A DNA stretch of 64,000 nucleotides from positions 16,903 through 80,902 of the forward strand of contig DBZK01000020.1 in the NCBI GenBank assembly GCA_002311135.1. The letters run 5' to 3'. The notes under the pieces were generated by a model that did no database searches, was not told the origin of the DNA, and was given only the letters and a program-made list of their open reading frames with translations. Of this stretch, positions 29,206 to 38,527 are shown in pieces (position 1 is the first letter of the stretch; each line of letters begins with the position of its first letter). Made by a program: the position numbers and the translations under genes. This stretch comes from Dehalococcoidia bacterium UBA1162 (GTDB lineage: Bacteria > Chloroflexota > Dehalococcoidia > GIF9 > UBA5629).

Positions 29206-30474
29206 TTAGATTGCCCAACGTAAATAATATAGAAAATAGGGATCGTTTATATTCATTATTTCTTTTTCTTCGTCCCAATCTAATACGCGATCTTCGCCCA
29301 GTTTTGCATTAACCGATTTATGCATCTGCTGGACGGCTTGTATAATGCCTACCCCGCGTGGAGGATCATGAGGAACTATTTGTTCAACACGGTCCTTAAT
29401 TGTTGCATATGGCAAACTCAATAATGGTTCACCGTGTGCCAATGCCTTTAAAATTACATAGTATATATCGCCAGAAATACCATTAGATAGAGAATATGTC
29501 TTGCGCTCTGACCCACGCGGCTTAGGGCCCGTTTTAATTATATCAAAAGCCGTTTGGCAATTTGCGAGGGAAGTTGTATTCTTGAATAAAGCTTTAGCTT
29601 CTTCCGCATTAAAATCAATCGTTCTAGCCAGTTTTAATTTTTCCTCAATATTCTTTTCCCGACATAACTGAAGACACAAAGCCTGCATTAACTGGGGCGA
29701 GGAAACGCTCTCAGCAGTGAGATTTTCTATAAGACTTGGACTAATGTTGATGTTTAGATAAGGGAACCCTTTCTCTGCGATAATTTTTAATTCTTCGCGT
29801 TTCCAATATGGTATATCAATGCTTACAACCCTGCCACGAAGATCAGGATTGGCCCTAATTGCTTGATCGCTTCTATGCGACACAGATACTACAACGATTG
29901 TTGCCCCAGCACGAGCGGCTTCTTTAAATTGTTCCGCAAGAGATTTTTGAACGTCTTTGCTTATATAATGGAAATCATCGACTACAATTGTATATCCTTG
30001 GGACGTAATATAATTGAGCAACTCTACTCCATCCGGTCCTGTATAATTCCTGAGTTCAGTAGTACCCACTGATTGGGATATTGTGGATCCAAGATCTCCT
30101 TTACCGCTTACAATCATTGGTATTTGAACTGACGCCCCAATACTAGTTGAACGTTGTGATTCAGTATTTTTGGAACTGGACTGAGCCCATTCCATGGGAA
30201 GACCAATCTGATTCCTTAGTTTTTTCCAAAAGGGTTCTTGAGCTGATATTCCGCCACCAGTAACCAGAAGCATTTTTCGTTTTCCAACTACTGATTCGCA
30301 CAATACAGTTTTCCCTGATTTCGATGGGCCTGATACAGACGAAATAAAACCTTTTGTTTCAATAGCTTCAAGTAACTTCCATTCAAGTTTAAGATCATCC
30401 CGATCATAATACGTATATTTAGGTAATGATCCCGGTGTAAATACGTCTACTGGCCTTATCGTTATATTATTCAT
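29206..30474 (-). CDS. P-loop NTPase (AAA+/Arch_ATPase-like) with a helical, wHTH-like C-terminal region, encoded on a low-GC insert
   Basis: Walker A GPSKSGKT. Walker B TIVVDDFHY. Sensor-like VVVSVSHR. The gene and both flanks are visibly AT-rich compared with their neighbours. Confidence 0.7.
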   Translation of the reverse strand: MNNITIRPVDVFTPGSLPKYTYYDRDDLKLEWKLLEAIETKGFISSVSGPSKSGKTVLCESVVGKRKMLLVTGGGISAQEPFWKKLRNQIGLPMEWAQSSSKNTESQRSTSIGASVQIPMIVSGKGDLGSTISQSVGTTELRNYTGPDGVELLNYITSQGYTIVVDDFHYISKDVQKSLAEQFKEAARAGATIVVVSVSHRSDQAIRANPDLRGRVVSIDIPYWKREELKIIAEKGFPYLNINISPSLIENLTAESVSSPQLMQALCLQLCREKNIEEKLKLARTIDFNAEEAKALFKNTTSLANCQTAFDIIKTGPKPRGSERKTYSLSNGISGDIYYVILKALAHGEPLLSLPYATIKDRVEQIVPHDPPRGVGIIQAVQQMHKSVNAKLGEDRVLDWDEEKEIMNINDPYFLYYLRWAI

Positions 30475-30649
30475 ACTGGCTGCAAATTGGCATTAATATT
30501 TAAAAATACATATATGTATATTATATCATATCACATTACATAAATATTAAAGGGTCTATTAATTTCAAGCAGTTATACTTAATGACCAACTTATATTTCA
30601 AGTTTTTCAAATACCATAAATTATCACATATCAATTGAAATAAACTTTG

Positions 30650-31312
30650 TTAAAATCCGTGCCAGGTGCATACCTCGCTAAGGGGGACCCTCTCCGTGCG
30701 GAACTTGTTCACGGCAGCATCGTTATCCGGATAGCCTATGGCCATAGCGATGACAAGCTGCCTTGAATGGGGTACATTAAGCTTTTTCCTCACGATATCC
30801 GGGTAGCTGGCCCCGGCGGCCAGCATGATCGATCCCAGGCCGTAGTTGAGGGCAGCCAGGCTGATGGTCTGGGCCAACAAACCGACGTTCATCATGGCCC
30901 ACACGCTCACATCACGTTCAGTGAAAATAAAGATGGCGCTGGGTGCATCGAAGAAGCGGTACATCTGCACAAACCAGTTCAACTGTTTTTCCACGTCGTC
31001 CCGCCGGATGCCCAGCAGCTCGTAGAGCCGCAGGCCGTTCTCCCTGCGGCGCTCCTTATAGGGTGAAGGCCATTCGGGGCGCGGTATGTCTGGCCCGCGC
31101 TCATCCTGGGCAAAAGCCCGGGAGGCCATGGTTTCCTTAAGGTCTTTCATCACATCGCCGCCCGCCACAGCGAACTCCCAGGTCTGGGTATTGGCCCACG
31201 AAGGGGCACGCAGGGAAACGCTGAGCAGCTCTTCCAGTACTTTTTTCGGCACCGGGTCGGATTTGAAAGCACGCACGCTGTACCGGGATTTTATAGTCTC
31301 TAAAACATCCAT
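30650..31312 (-). CDS. Nitroreductase family protein
   Basis: RYSVRAF...PVP near the N-terminus and the usual nitroreductase-fold length. Confidence 0.85.
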   Translation of the reverse strand: MDVLETIKSRYSVRAFKSDPVPKKVLEELLSVSLRAPSWANTQTWEFAVAGGDVMKDLKETMASRAFAQDERGPDIPRPEWPSPYKERRRENGLRLYELLGIRRDDVEKQLNWFVQMYRFFDAPSAIFIFTERDVSVWAMMNVGLLAQTISLAALNYGLGSIMLAAGASYPDIVRKKLNVPHSRQLVIAMAIGYPDNDAAVNKFRTERVPLSEVCTWHGF

Positions 31313-31455
31313 ATCGTTACCCCCTTAGAGAGTTCTCTTATTGCGCCGATAGCTCTATATTATATGCCGCAGGAGGATTTATTCCGGCGGTTTTGACCGC
31401 CGCCGCCCATAATCATAAACTTATTGATAAACGGGGAAAATAAAGTTCTGGAGGT

Positions 31456-32061
31456 ATGGACATGGGTGATATTATCAAGCTCCCACCGGCCAAATTAAAG
31501 GGCACTATGTCAGTGGAAGAGGCATTGCACGCCAGGAGGTCTACCAGAGAGTACGCAACCACAGCCTTGAAACTTCAGGATGTCTCGCAGCTTCTGTGGG
31601 CAGCCCAGGGCATCACTGCTGCCGCCAAGGGCCTGCGCACCGCTCCCTCCCCAATCGCAGTTTACCTGGTGCAGGCTTACCTGGTGGCCGGCAATGTGGA
31701 AGGGTTAAAGCCGGGCGTATATTCTTACAAGCCGCAGAACCATGGCCTTGAGCTGGTTAAGAGCGGAGGATTGGAGGCGCAGCTCGGGACGCTGGGCCAG
31801 CAGGTCTTCGGCGCCGCCCCTGCACTGGTGGTGATCGCGTCACTGGACGATAAAGCTTCCAAGACATTCGGCGATTTTGCCGTAAGGGCTTCCAGCCTGG
31901 AGATCGGCCATGTGGCCGAGAACGTCGCCCTGCAGGCGACCGCCATGGGCCTGGGACTGGTTACCGCCAGCGGCTTCGATAACGGCAAAGCGCGCGATAT
32001 TCTGGGACTGCCGGCCTCGGAAACGCCGGTTTATCTTATACCGGTAGGCCGGATGGTTTAA
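31456..32061 (+). CDS. SagB/ThcOx-type nitroreductase-fold dehydrogenase
   Basis: RRSTREY...LSQLLWAAQGIT...RTAPS pattern. Confidence 0.75.
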   Translation: MDMGDIIKLPPAKLKGTMSVEEALHARRSTREYATTALKLQDVSQLLWAAQGITAAAKGLRTAPSPIAVYLVQAYLVAGNVEGLKPGVYSYKPQNHGLELVKSGGLEAQLGTLGQQVFGAAPALVVIASLDDKASKTFGDFAVRASSLEIGHVAENVALQATAMGLGLVTASGFDNGKARDILGLPASETPVYLIPVGRMV

Positions 32062-32069
32062 AATATCCT

Positions 32070-32663
32070 ATGCCTTCGGAAGATATCATCGGCCGCAAGC
32101 TGCGGGAGTGGACTGCGGGTCAAAGCCCGCGCCAGGCCATGATGACGCTCTTCTATAAGATACGGGATATCCCCTACGGCATCTTGCCGGAGCTCAACAG
32201 CCCCAAGCAATACTTGCGCATATTGGAAACCAACATGGGTTCCTGCACGCCCAAGCACCTGCTCTTATGCAACATGTACTTAAAGCTGGGCATGGATGTC
32301 CTCTACGCGGTCTATCCCTACCGCTGGGCCGAATTTGAGGAGCTTTATCCGCCAGATCTGTGGAAGCTGGCTCAAAAGATGGCACCCGTCAACCACCTGG
32401 CCTGCAGGGTTTACTTTGAAGGCAGGTATGTGCTGGTAGATGCCACCGTCGACCCGCCGCTGGGCAGGATCGGACTGCCCTTTACCCAAAGCTGGGACGG
32501 GAAATCAGATACGCCGCTCCCGGTACTGCCGATCGGGGAAGAGGAACTATACCATCCTTCCGAAGCCGAATTTATGCTGCCGCCCGACCTGGATGACAAT
32601 GCACGCGCTTTTTATGATGGACTAAACAGGTATTTTCAGGATATACGGAATGGAAAGCTGTAA
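32070..32663 (+). CDS. Transglutaminase-like cysteine peptidase-fold protein
   Basis: GSCTPKH (Cys), HLACRVY (His) and LVDATVD (Asp) occur in the order expected for the triad. Confidence 0.65.
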   Translation: MPSEDIIGRKLREWTAGQSPRQAMMTLFYKIRDIPYGILPELNSPKQYLRILETNMGSCTPKHLLLCNMYLKLGMDVLYAVYPYRWAEFEELYPPDLWKLAQKMAPVNHLACRVYFEGRYVLVDATVDPPLGRIGLPFTQSWDGKSDTPLPVLPIGEEELYHPSEAEFMLPPDLDDNARAFYDGLNRYFQDIRNGKL

Positions 32664-34191
32664 GGCTGACCTGGTGCTGCGCAACTGCCATGCGGTGACG
32701 CTCGATGCCCGCCGCCCTCATGGCAGCACCATCTATGCCAGAGATGGAAGGATTTTAAAGGTCAGCAGCAAGGTTATCGAACGCGGTCTGGCGTCCCCTT
32801 TTGCTCAGGTAATCGATTGCAAGGGCAAGACAGTAATACCGGCCTTCCATGATGCCCACTGCCACATCGTGGCCTACGCCGAGAGCCTGCTCAATATCAG
32901 CCTCGGCCCTGACTGCGTAAATTCCATCGAGGATATAGTACTGAAAATCAGGCAGGCTGCCGCAACCACGCCGCCCGGCCAGTGGATAAGGTGCAGTGGC
33001 TATAACAAGTTTTACCTGGCGGAAAAAAGGCATCCCACGCGAAATGACCTGGACAGGGCAACGACCTCCCATCCCATCAAACTGACGCACCGCAGCGGGC
33101 ATGCACACGTTTTAAATACTCCGGCCATGTCGCTCGCAGGAATCCACAATGAGAGCGAGGAGCCGCCGGGATGCATGATCGAGCGCGACCTGGAGACAGG
33201 CCTGCCCAATGGACTGCTCTACGGCATGGGCGCCTACCTGAGCAACGCTATTCCAGCCGTCGGCTCCGACGAGCTGGATAGCGCGGTGAAAAAAACCGGC
33301 CAAACCCTGCTGAGCCTGGGCATAACCACTGTACAGGACGCTTCTCCGGGCAACGGCCTTGCACGCTGGAATCAATTCCTAAACTGGAAGAGGAGGGGTA
33401 TTTTCCCACCCAGAACCATCCTCATGTTCGGCGTCGACGAAGCACAGGGACTGCCCTTAGAGGACCGGGAAACGGGGCTCGCAAGTGGGGCGGTCAAGAT
33501 CATGCTGGATGAGGTAAGGGGCTGTCTGAACCCAACCCCGGATGAACTGAACCGGCTGGCCTGGGATATTCACAGCAGGGGCCTGCAGATGGCAATTCAC
33601 GCTGTGGAAGAGCCCACGGTTGCAGCAGCCGTACATGCCCTTAGCTATGCTCTCAGGGAATTGCCGGATAAAACGCGGCGCCACCGCATAGAGCACTGCT
33701 CAATCTGCAATTTGCCAACAGCCAGACAGCTTCGTAGACTGGGGTCAATCGTGGTAACCAATCCCGCCTTTATTTTTTACAGTGGTGAGCGCTACCTGTC
33801 CACTGTGTCGCAGCGGCAGCTGAGGCACCTGTATGCTCTGAATACCATGCTGAAGGCTGGCCTGAAGCCTGCCGCCGGATCGGATGCTCCTATAGCACCA
33901 CCCGACCCGTTGAAGGGGATTTATGCTGCGGTAACACGCCGGGCTGAGACGGGCCGGCAGATGCTCAAGGGCGAAGCGGTCTCAGTAATAGACGCCCTGC
34001 GTCTCTACACCACCAATGCAGCATGGTCTTGCTTCAAGGAAAAAGAGTCGGGCAGTATATCCAAAGGTAAATATGCTGACCTGGCCGTCCTGAGTGACGA
34101 TCCCTTCCAGGTGGACCCGCAAGGCCTTAAGAACATCAAGGTGGAGATGACCGTGCTTGCCGGGAAGGTTGTTTATGATCGGATATCCTAA
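32650..34191 (+). CDS. Amidohydrolase family (Amidohydro_3 / YtcJ-like) metal-dependent hydrolase
   Basis: HDAHCH metal motif, a late HAVE motif and C-terminal GSDAP. Overlaps the upstream gene by 14 nt. Confidence 0.8.
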   Translation: MESCKADLVLRNCHAVTLDARRPHGSTIYARDGRILKVSSKVIERGLASPFAQVIDCKGKTVIPAFHDAHCHIVAYAESLLNISLGPDCVNSIEDIVLKIRQAAATTPPGQWIRCSGYNKFYLAEKRHPTRNDLDRATTSHPIKLTHRSGHAHVLNTPAMSLAGIHNESEEPPGCMIERDLETGLPNGLLYGMGAYLSNAIPAVGSDELDSAVKKTGQTLLSLGITTVQDASPGNGLARWNQFLNWKRRGIFPPRTILMFGVDEAQGLPLEDRETGLASGAVKIMLDEVRGCLNPTPDELNRLAWDIHSRGLQMAIHAVEEPTVAAAVHALSYALRELPDKTRRHRIEHCSICNLPTARQLRRLGSIVVTNPAFIFYSGERYLSTVSQRQLRHLYALNTMLKAGLKPAAGSDAPIAPPDPLKGIYAAVTRRAETGRQMLKGEAVSVIDALRLYTTNAAWSCFKEKESGSISKGKYADLAVLSDDPFQVDPQGLKNIKVEMTVLAGKVVYDRIS

Positions 34192-36581
34192 CCTATTACC
34201 TCGTTTTCAAGATAGCTTTTGAACCGCTCTTCATCCATCCCCAGAATATCCCGGAAAACGTACCTGTTGCTCTCGCCCAGCAGGGGCGATGCTTTTTTAA
34301 AGCTGGCTGGAGTGCCGTTCATCTTGATGGGATTGCCGTCAGAACGTATCTTACCCAGAACAGGATGCATCAGGTCGATGAAGAAGCCGCGTTCTTTCAG
34401 GTGCAAGTCCCGGGCCAGGTCACGCGCATCATTGACGACAGCCGCGGCAATACCGGCAGCCTGAAGCTGTTCAACCAGCTGCTCCCTCTCGTGGCGGGCA
34501 GTCCAGTCAGCCATATTTTCATCCAGCTCCTCGAAGTTGTCCCAGCGGTCCTGCATGCTCAAAAACTTTCCCAGTCGCGTCCATTCAGGGTTGCCCATGA
34601 CCCTGCACAAAGAGTCCCATTCCTCATCACTAAAAACCGCTATGGCTATCCAGCGGTCCTCTCCCCTGCACTGGTAGCAGCCGTAAGGCGCAGCCATCCT
34701 TCCCAACGGCCTGTTGGGCGCAGGACCGGCTACACGGCCGTTTGCAAAGTAGTCGAGCAGCTCCGGGCCTAGAAGGCTGCAGGTTGCTTCGTACTCGGAG
34801 ATATCGATATAAGACCCTGCGCCGGAAGCGTCCCGGCGCCGCAGAGCCGCCACCGCAGCCAGCGCAGCATAAAGTCCCGAAATGTGGTCGGCATAGGCAA
34901 AGCCCAGTCCCGTAGGAGCGCCGGATTCGTAAGAGGTCAATGCGGTCAACCCGCTCAACGCCTGTACGGTCGGGCCCAGTGCCGCAAATTCGCGCCAGGG
35001 TCCCGAATGCCCAAAGCCGGAGAGGCTGACCATGACCAGGTCCTGTTTGACGGTCTTTAATTGATCATAGTTCAAACCCCAGTTGTCCATAACACGCGGC
35101 GTAAAATTCTCCATCAGCACATCGCACTTCTTGACCAGGTCCATCACGATTCCACGGGCCTCGGGCCTGCTCAGGTCAAGCGTAACTCCCAGCTTATTGC
35201 GATTCCAGGTGGCGAAATAGCCGGTATCGTTTTGCTCGGCGCCCGTAGCCGTCTTTTTCGACTGTATCTTGATAACTTCAGCGCCGAAGTCGGCCAGCAG
35301 ACGTGTGGCGTAGGGCCCTGCCAGCATCCAGGTGAAATCAAGTATACGCACGCCTTCCAGCGGCAGCTTCCCCTCCGGCTGGTCCTTCACCTTATTAATT
35401 TTTGCTGGCCCTGCACCCTGAACCGTCCGAAAAACCTTCTCATTGTGTTCACCAGGTGAGGGCGCCCCCTGCAAGATATAATCCGGCCCTCCTGAGAAAT
35501 TTATCACCGGACGGGGCGCCTTGAACTCTTTCTTACCAAACGGGCGGGCGTTGACGAAGTAGCCCCTGGCATTGAGCTGCTCGTCTGCGGCCACTTCGCC
35601 CATATTATTGAGCACCGCCCAGGGAAAGCGCATTGATTGACCCAGCTTGAATATATCCCTGTTACTCTGCATACACGTCCAGAGCGTAAACACGCCCTCG
35701 ATATCATCGATGTGGTCCCGGCGGAAGGTCTCGTCGCTCCAGGCAAGGTGTTTGAGATCGGCAGCCATCGATTTCTGTTCCAGAAGCTCCACCAGCGTAT
35801 TCCATTCCCGGTTAAAGGTCAGCAGTACGTAGCCGTCCTTACAGGGGAATATATCCGACGTACTGTTCCACTGCAGGCTGCCCTGCCGGCAGGCGACCTT
35901 GCCGTCATAAAAATACTGCACGAGGACATGCTCCAGGGCAGCAGCTGCCGCTTCCTGCATGGAAATATCGATATGCTGTCCCCGGCCGCTATGTTCACGC
36001 GCCCTCAGCGCCAGTGTGACCCCCAGCGCGGCGAACAATGATGAGAGATAGCGGGTCTGCCCGCCGCACGGTTTGAGCGGTTGTCTGCCGGGACGGCCGC
36101 AGATATACATCTGGCCTCCCGCCGCGGAGGCGATGAGATCGCACGATTTGTGCCGGCTGTTAGGGCCGGACTGGCCAAAGCCGGTTACCGAGGCCAGCAC
36201 CAGGCGGGGGTTATCGCTTGAAAGCGTTGGATAGCCCAGGTTTATGCCGTCGAGGTAACCGGGCATAAAAGACTCGATAATCACATCGCTGACGGCGGCG
36301 ATGTCCAACAATTTCCGCCTGTCCTGAGGATTTTTTAGATCAAAGCTGACCCCGAGCTTGCCGCCGTTATCATAGAGGAATGAAAGGCTGCTGTGTGGGC
36401 CGGATGTGTTATCAAAGAATGGGCCGTTGTGCCTGGACGGGTCCCCGGCCAGCCCCTCCACCTTTAGCACCTCTGCGCCCAGGTCATGTAATAATTTTGA
36501 ACTGAAGGCGGCCTTCTCATCCGCCAGGTCGAGGACGCGTATACCGGACAGTGGCGCCTTAACTTCATCGGGGCAGGACAT
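34188..36581 (-). CDS. Tandem-fused double family III CoA-transferase (two CaiB/BaiF domains in one 797-aa chain)
   Basis: Two full-length repeats of the family signature: IRVLDLADEKAAF...LGAEVLKVE and VRILDFTWMLAGPY...FGAEVIKIQ. Confidence 0.85.
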   Translation of the reverse strand: MSCPDEVKAPLSGIRVLDLADEKAAFSSKLLHDLGAEVLKVEGLAGDPSRHNGPFFDNTSGPHSSLSFLYDNGGKLGVSFDLKNPQDRRKLLDIAAVSDVIIESFMPGYLDGINLGYPTLSSDNPRLVLASVTGFGQSGPNSRHKSCDLIASAAGGQMYICGRPGRQPLKPCGGQTRYLSSLFAALGVTLALRAREHSGRGQHIDISMQEAAAAALEHVLVQYFYDGKVACRQGSLQWNSTSDIFPCKDGYVLLTFNREWNTLVELLEQKSMAADLKHLAWSDETFRRDHIDDIEGVFTLWTCMQSNRDIFKLGQSMRFPWAVLNNMGEVAADEQLNARGYFVNARPFGKKEFKAPRPVINFSGGPDYILQGAPSPGEHNEKVFRTVQGAGPAKINKVKDQPEGKLPLEGVRILDFTWMLAGPYATRLLADFGAEVIKIQSKKTATGAEQNDTGYFATWNRNKLGVTLDLSRPEARGIVMDLVKKCDVLMENFTPRVMDNWGLNYDQLKTVKQDLVMVSLSGFGHSGPWREFAALGPTVQALSGLTALTSYESGAPTGLGFAYADHISGLYAALAAVAALRRRDASGAGSYIDISEYEATCSLLGPELLDYFANGRVAGPAPNRPLGRMAAPYGCYQCRGEDRWIAIAVFSDEEWDSLCRVMGNPEWTRLGKFLSMQDRWDNFEELDENMADWTARHEREQLVEQLQAAGIAAAVVNDARDLARDLHLKERGFFIDLMHPVLGKIRSDGNPIKMNGTPASFKKASPLLGESNRYVFRDILGMDEERFKSYLENEVIG

Positions 36582-36611
36582 ACAGCCCTATTATATCATC
36601 GGGATATGCAG

Positions 36612-36755
36612 TTAATCGGAAGAGGGCAGCGATTTGGGTTTTTGAAGCTCCATGTCTTTGCCGTCGCAGGCGACCGTGCCGTCGCCGGTCTTAGTGCAGA
36701 GGACTTCGGTGCTGCATGTATCGCACTTATATCTTTTGCCAAGCTGGTTTGCCAT
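36612..36755 (-). CDS. Desulforedoxin-like / zinc-ribbon mini-protein (47 aa, absent from the ORF track)
   Basis: GGAG RBS. Product: MANQLGKRYKCDTCSTEVLCTKTGDGTVACDGKDMELQKPKSLPSSD. It has CxxC plus distal Cys residues and is a paralog of 36783..36902. Confidence 0.6.
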   Translation of the reverse strand: MANQLGKRYKCDTCSTEVLCTKTGDGTVACDGKDMELQKPKSLPSSD

Positions 36756-36782
36756 TTTATCTCTCCTGAAAAACGGCCCTGG

Positions 36783-36902
36783 TTATTTCTTTAATTCCAT
36801 GGGCTTGTTGCAGCAGGTCAACTGGCCGTTGCCGCCCTTGGTAACGATAAACTCGGAACCGCAAACCGTGCAAACGTATTTTTTGCCTACCTGGTTGGCC
36901 AT
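36783..36902 (-). CDS. Desulforedoxin-like mini-protein (39 aa, absent from the ORF track)
   Basis: GGAGGG RBS. Product: MANQVGKKYVCTVCGSEFIVTKGGNGQLTCCNKPMELKK. The CxxC...CC spacing and G-rich turn match the desulforedoxin pattern. Confidence 0.65.
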   Translation of the reverse strand: MANQVGKKYVCTVCGSEFIVTKGGNGQLTCCNKPMELKK

Positions 36903-36958
36903 TGTAATTCCCTCCAGAGCTTAATTTTAATCCCGGACTAACTCTGTATGCAAGCTGT

Positions 36959-37657
36959 TTAGAGCTCCATCTCCTTAAAATCGGCAGCTACTTTCAAGGG
37001 GGCGGCCGTCATTTTTTGAATGTCCTCAGCAGTGACCCCCGGAATAGCTTCCTTCAATACTAGCCCATCGGGGGTGACATCGATGACGGCATAATTGGTA
37101 ACGATTACATCCACACAGGCTTTGGCCGTGAGCGGGTAGCTGCATTCGCTCATGATCTTGGGCTCGCCGCCGGGTGTGAAATGCTCCATGGCAACAATGA
37201 CCTTGCGGGCACCGACGGCCAGATCCATCGAGCCGCCGATATTGCCCACCTTGCCCAGTCCGCGGCTGGGGTTGTTCCAGCCCGCCAGGTCGCCCTTAGC
37301 CGATACCTGCAGGGCTCCCAGCACTGCCACATTCATGCGTCCACCCCTGATCATGGCAAACGACGTTTCAATGTCAAAATAGCTCGAGCCCGGCATAGCG
37401 CATATGAACTGGCAACTGGCATTGATGCGGTCCTGCTCCTCCTGGCCTTCTTCGGCCAGCGGCCCGCTTTTGAGCATGCCTATCTCGGCCTGTAATATAA
37501 TATCCCGGCCCTCTATCCAGTTGGAAACCAGGGTGGGGATGCCGATGCCCAGGTTGACGTACGAACCTTCCTCCAGCATATTGGCGATCCTGAGAGCAAT
37601 CATCTCACGCTCCAGCGGGGGCATCTCGGGTATAATAACTTTCTTCAACCCACTCAT
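36959..37657 (-). CDS. 3-oxoacid CoA-transferase (family I), subunit B
   Basis: Typical subunit B sequence with the glutamate motif (LQAEIGM), 232 aa, immediately after the subunit A gene. Confidence 0.88.
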   Translation of the reverse strand: MSGLKKVIIPEMPPLEREMIALRIANMLEEGSYVNLGIGIPTLVSNWIEGRDIILQAEIGMLKSGPLAEEGQEEQDRINASCQFICAMPGSSYFDIETSFAMIRGGRMNVAVLGALQVSAKGDLAGWNNPSRGLGKVGNIGGSMDLAVGARKVIVAMEHFTPGGEPKIMSECSYPLTAKACVDVIVTNYAVIDVTPDGLVLKEAIPGVTAEDIQKMTAAPLKVAADFKEMEL

Positions 37658-37672
37658 TTTGATATCACCCCT

Positions 37673-38374
37673 CTAAACGCTGGCCTTTTCCAATTTCGGC
37701 CTACCGACCTCGACCACGCGTTTGACGAATATCCCCGGCGTATGAATAAAATCCGGGTCCAGCCCGCCTGCATCGACCAGTGTTTCCACCTCGGCAATGG
37801 TGACCTTCCCGGCCATGGCCATGGCGTTATTATAGTTGCGGGCAGTACAGTGATAGACCAAATTGCCTTCACGGTCGCCCTTCCAGGCATGGATGAAGGC
37901 AAAGTCCACCGGCAGAGCTGTCTCCAGCACGTTTTCGATACCGTTGAAAACCCTGATTTCCTTACCTTCAGCGACCACGGTGCCGACGCCGGTGGGCGTA
38001 TAGAAGGCGGGCAAACCCGCCCCGGCGCAGCGCAGCTTCTCGACGAAGGTGCCTATAGGATACACCTCCACCTTTATCCTTCCCTGCCGGACTGCCTGCT
38101 CGAAGGGATGCTCTAACCCTTTGGTCGCCGAGCGCGGGAAAGGATAGTTGGAGATCACCTTTTTCACCTGGCCGTTGACTACCAGTTCCAGAATTTCCTC
38201 GTTGCCCGTGCCGACCTGTTGGGCCACTATCGTAAGGCCCTTAACACCGGTTTTAGCCAGCGCTCTGGTCAGCTCCAGCGGCCTGCCAGCCGAGAAGAAA
38301 CCGGCAAAGGCTATGACGGCGCCGTCGAAAACGTCCTTAATTGCTTCTTCAACCGAAGCATATGCCTTGTCCAT
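37673..38374 (-). CDS. 3-oxoacid CoA-transferase (family I), subunit A
   Basis: N-terminal ...AIKDVFDGAVIAFAGF and the general AtoD/ScoA layout. Confidence 0.88.
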   Translation of the reverse strand: MDKAYASVEEAIKDVFDGAVIAFAGFFSAGRPLELTRALAKTGVKGLTIVAQQVGTGNEEILELVVNGQVKKVISNYPFPRSATKGLEHPFEQAVRQGRIKVEVYPIGTFVEKLRCAGAGLPAFYTPTGVGTVVAEGKEIRVFNGIENVLETALPVDFAFIHAWKGDREGNLVYHCTARNYNNAMAMAGKVTIAEVETLVDAGGLDPDFIHTPGIFVKRVVEVGRPKLEKASV

Positions 38375-38527
38375 ACCACATCTCCTGAAAAATTATGTTA
38401 TAGATTACGCCAGACTGCAGCCTTTTGTCCAATTTTGGTTGACTGATCAATTAATGGAATAAATTCTATCGCCGGGATCAGAAATTGTCTATGCGGAGGA
38501 AACTGCTTGACAGCGTAACCGGGGTTA

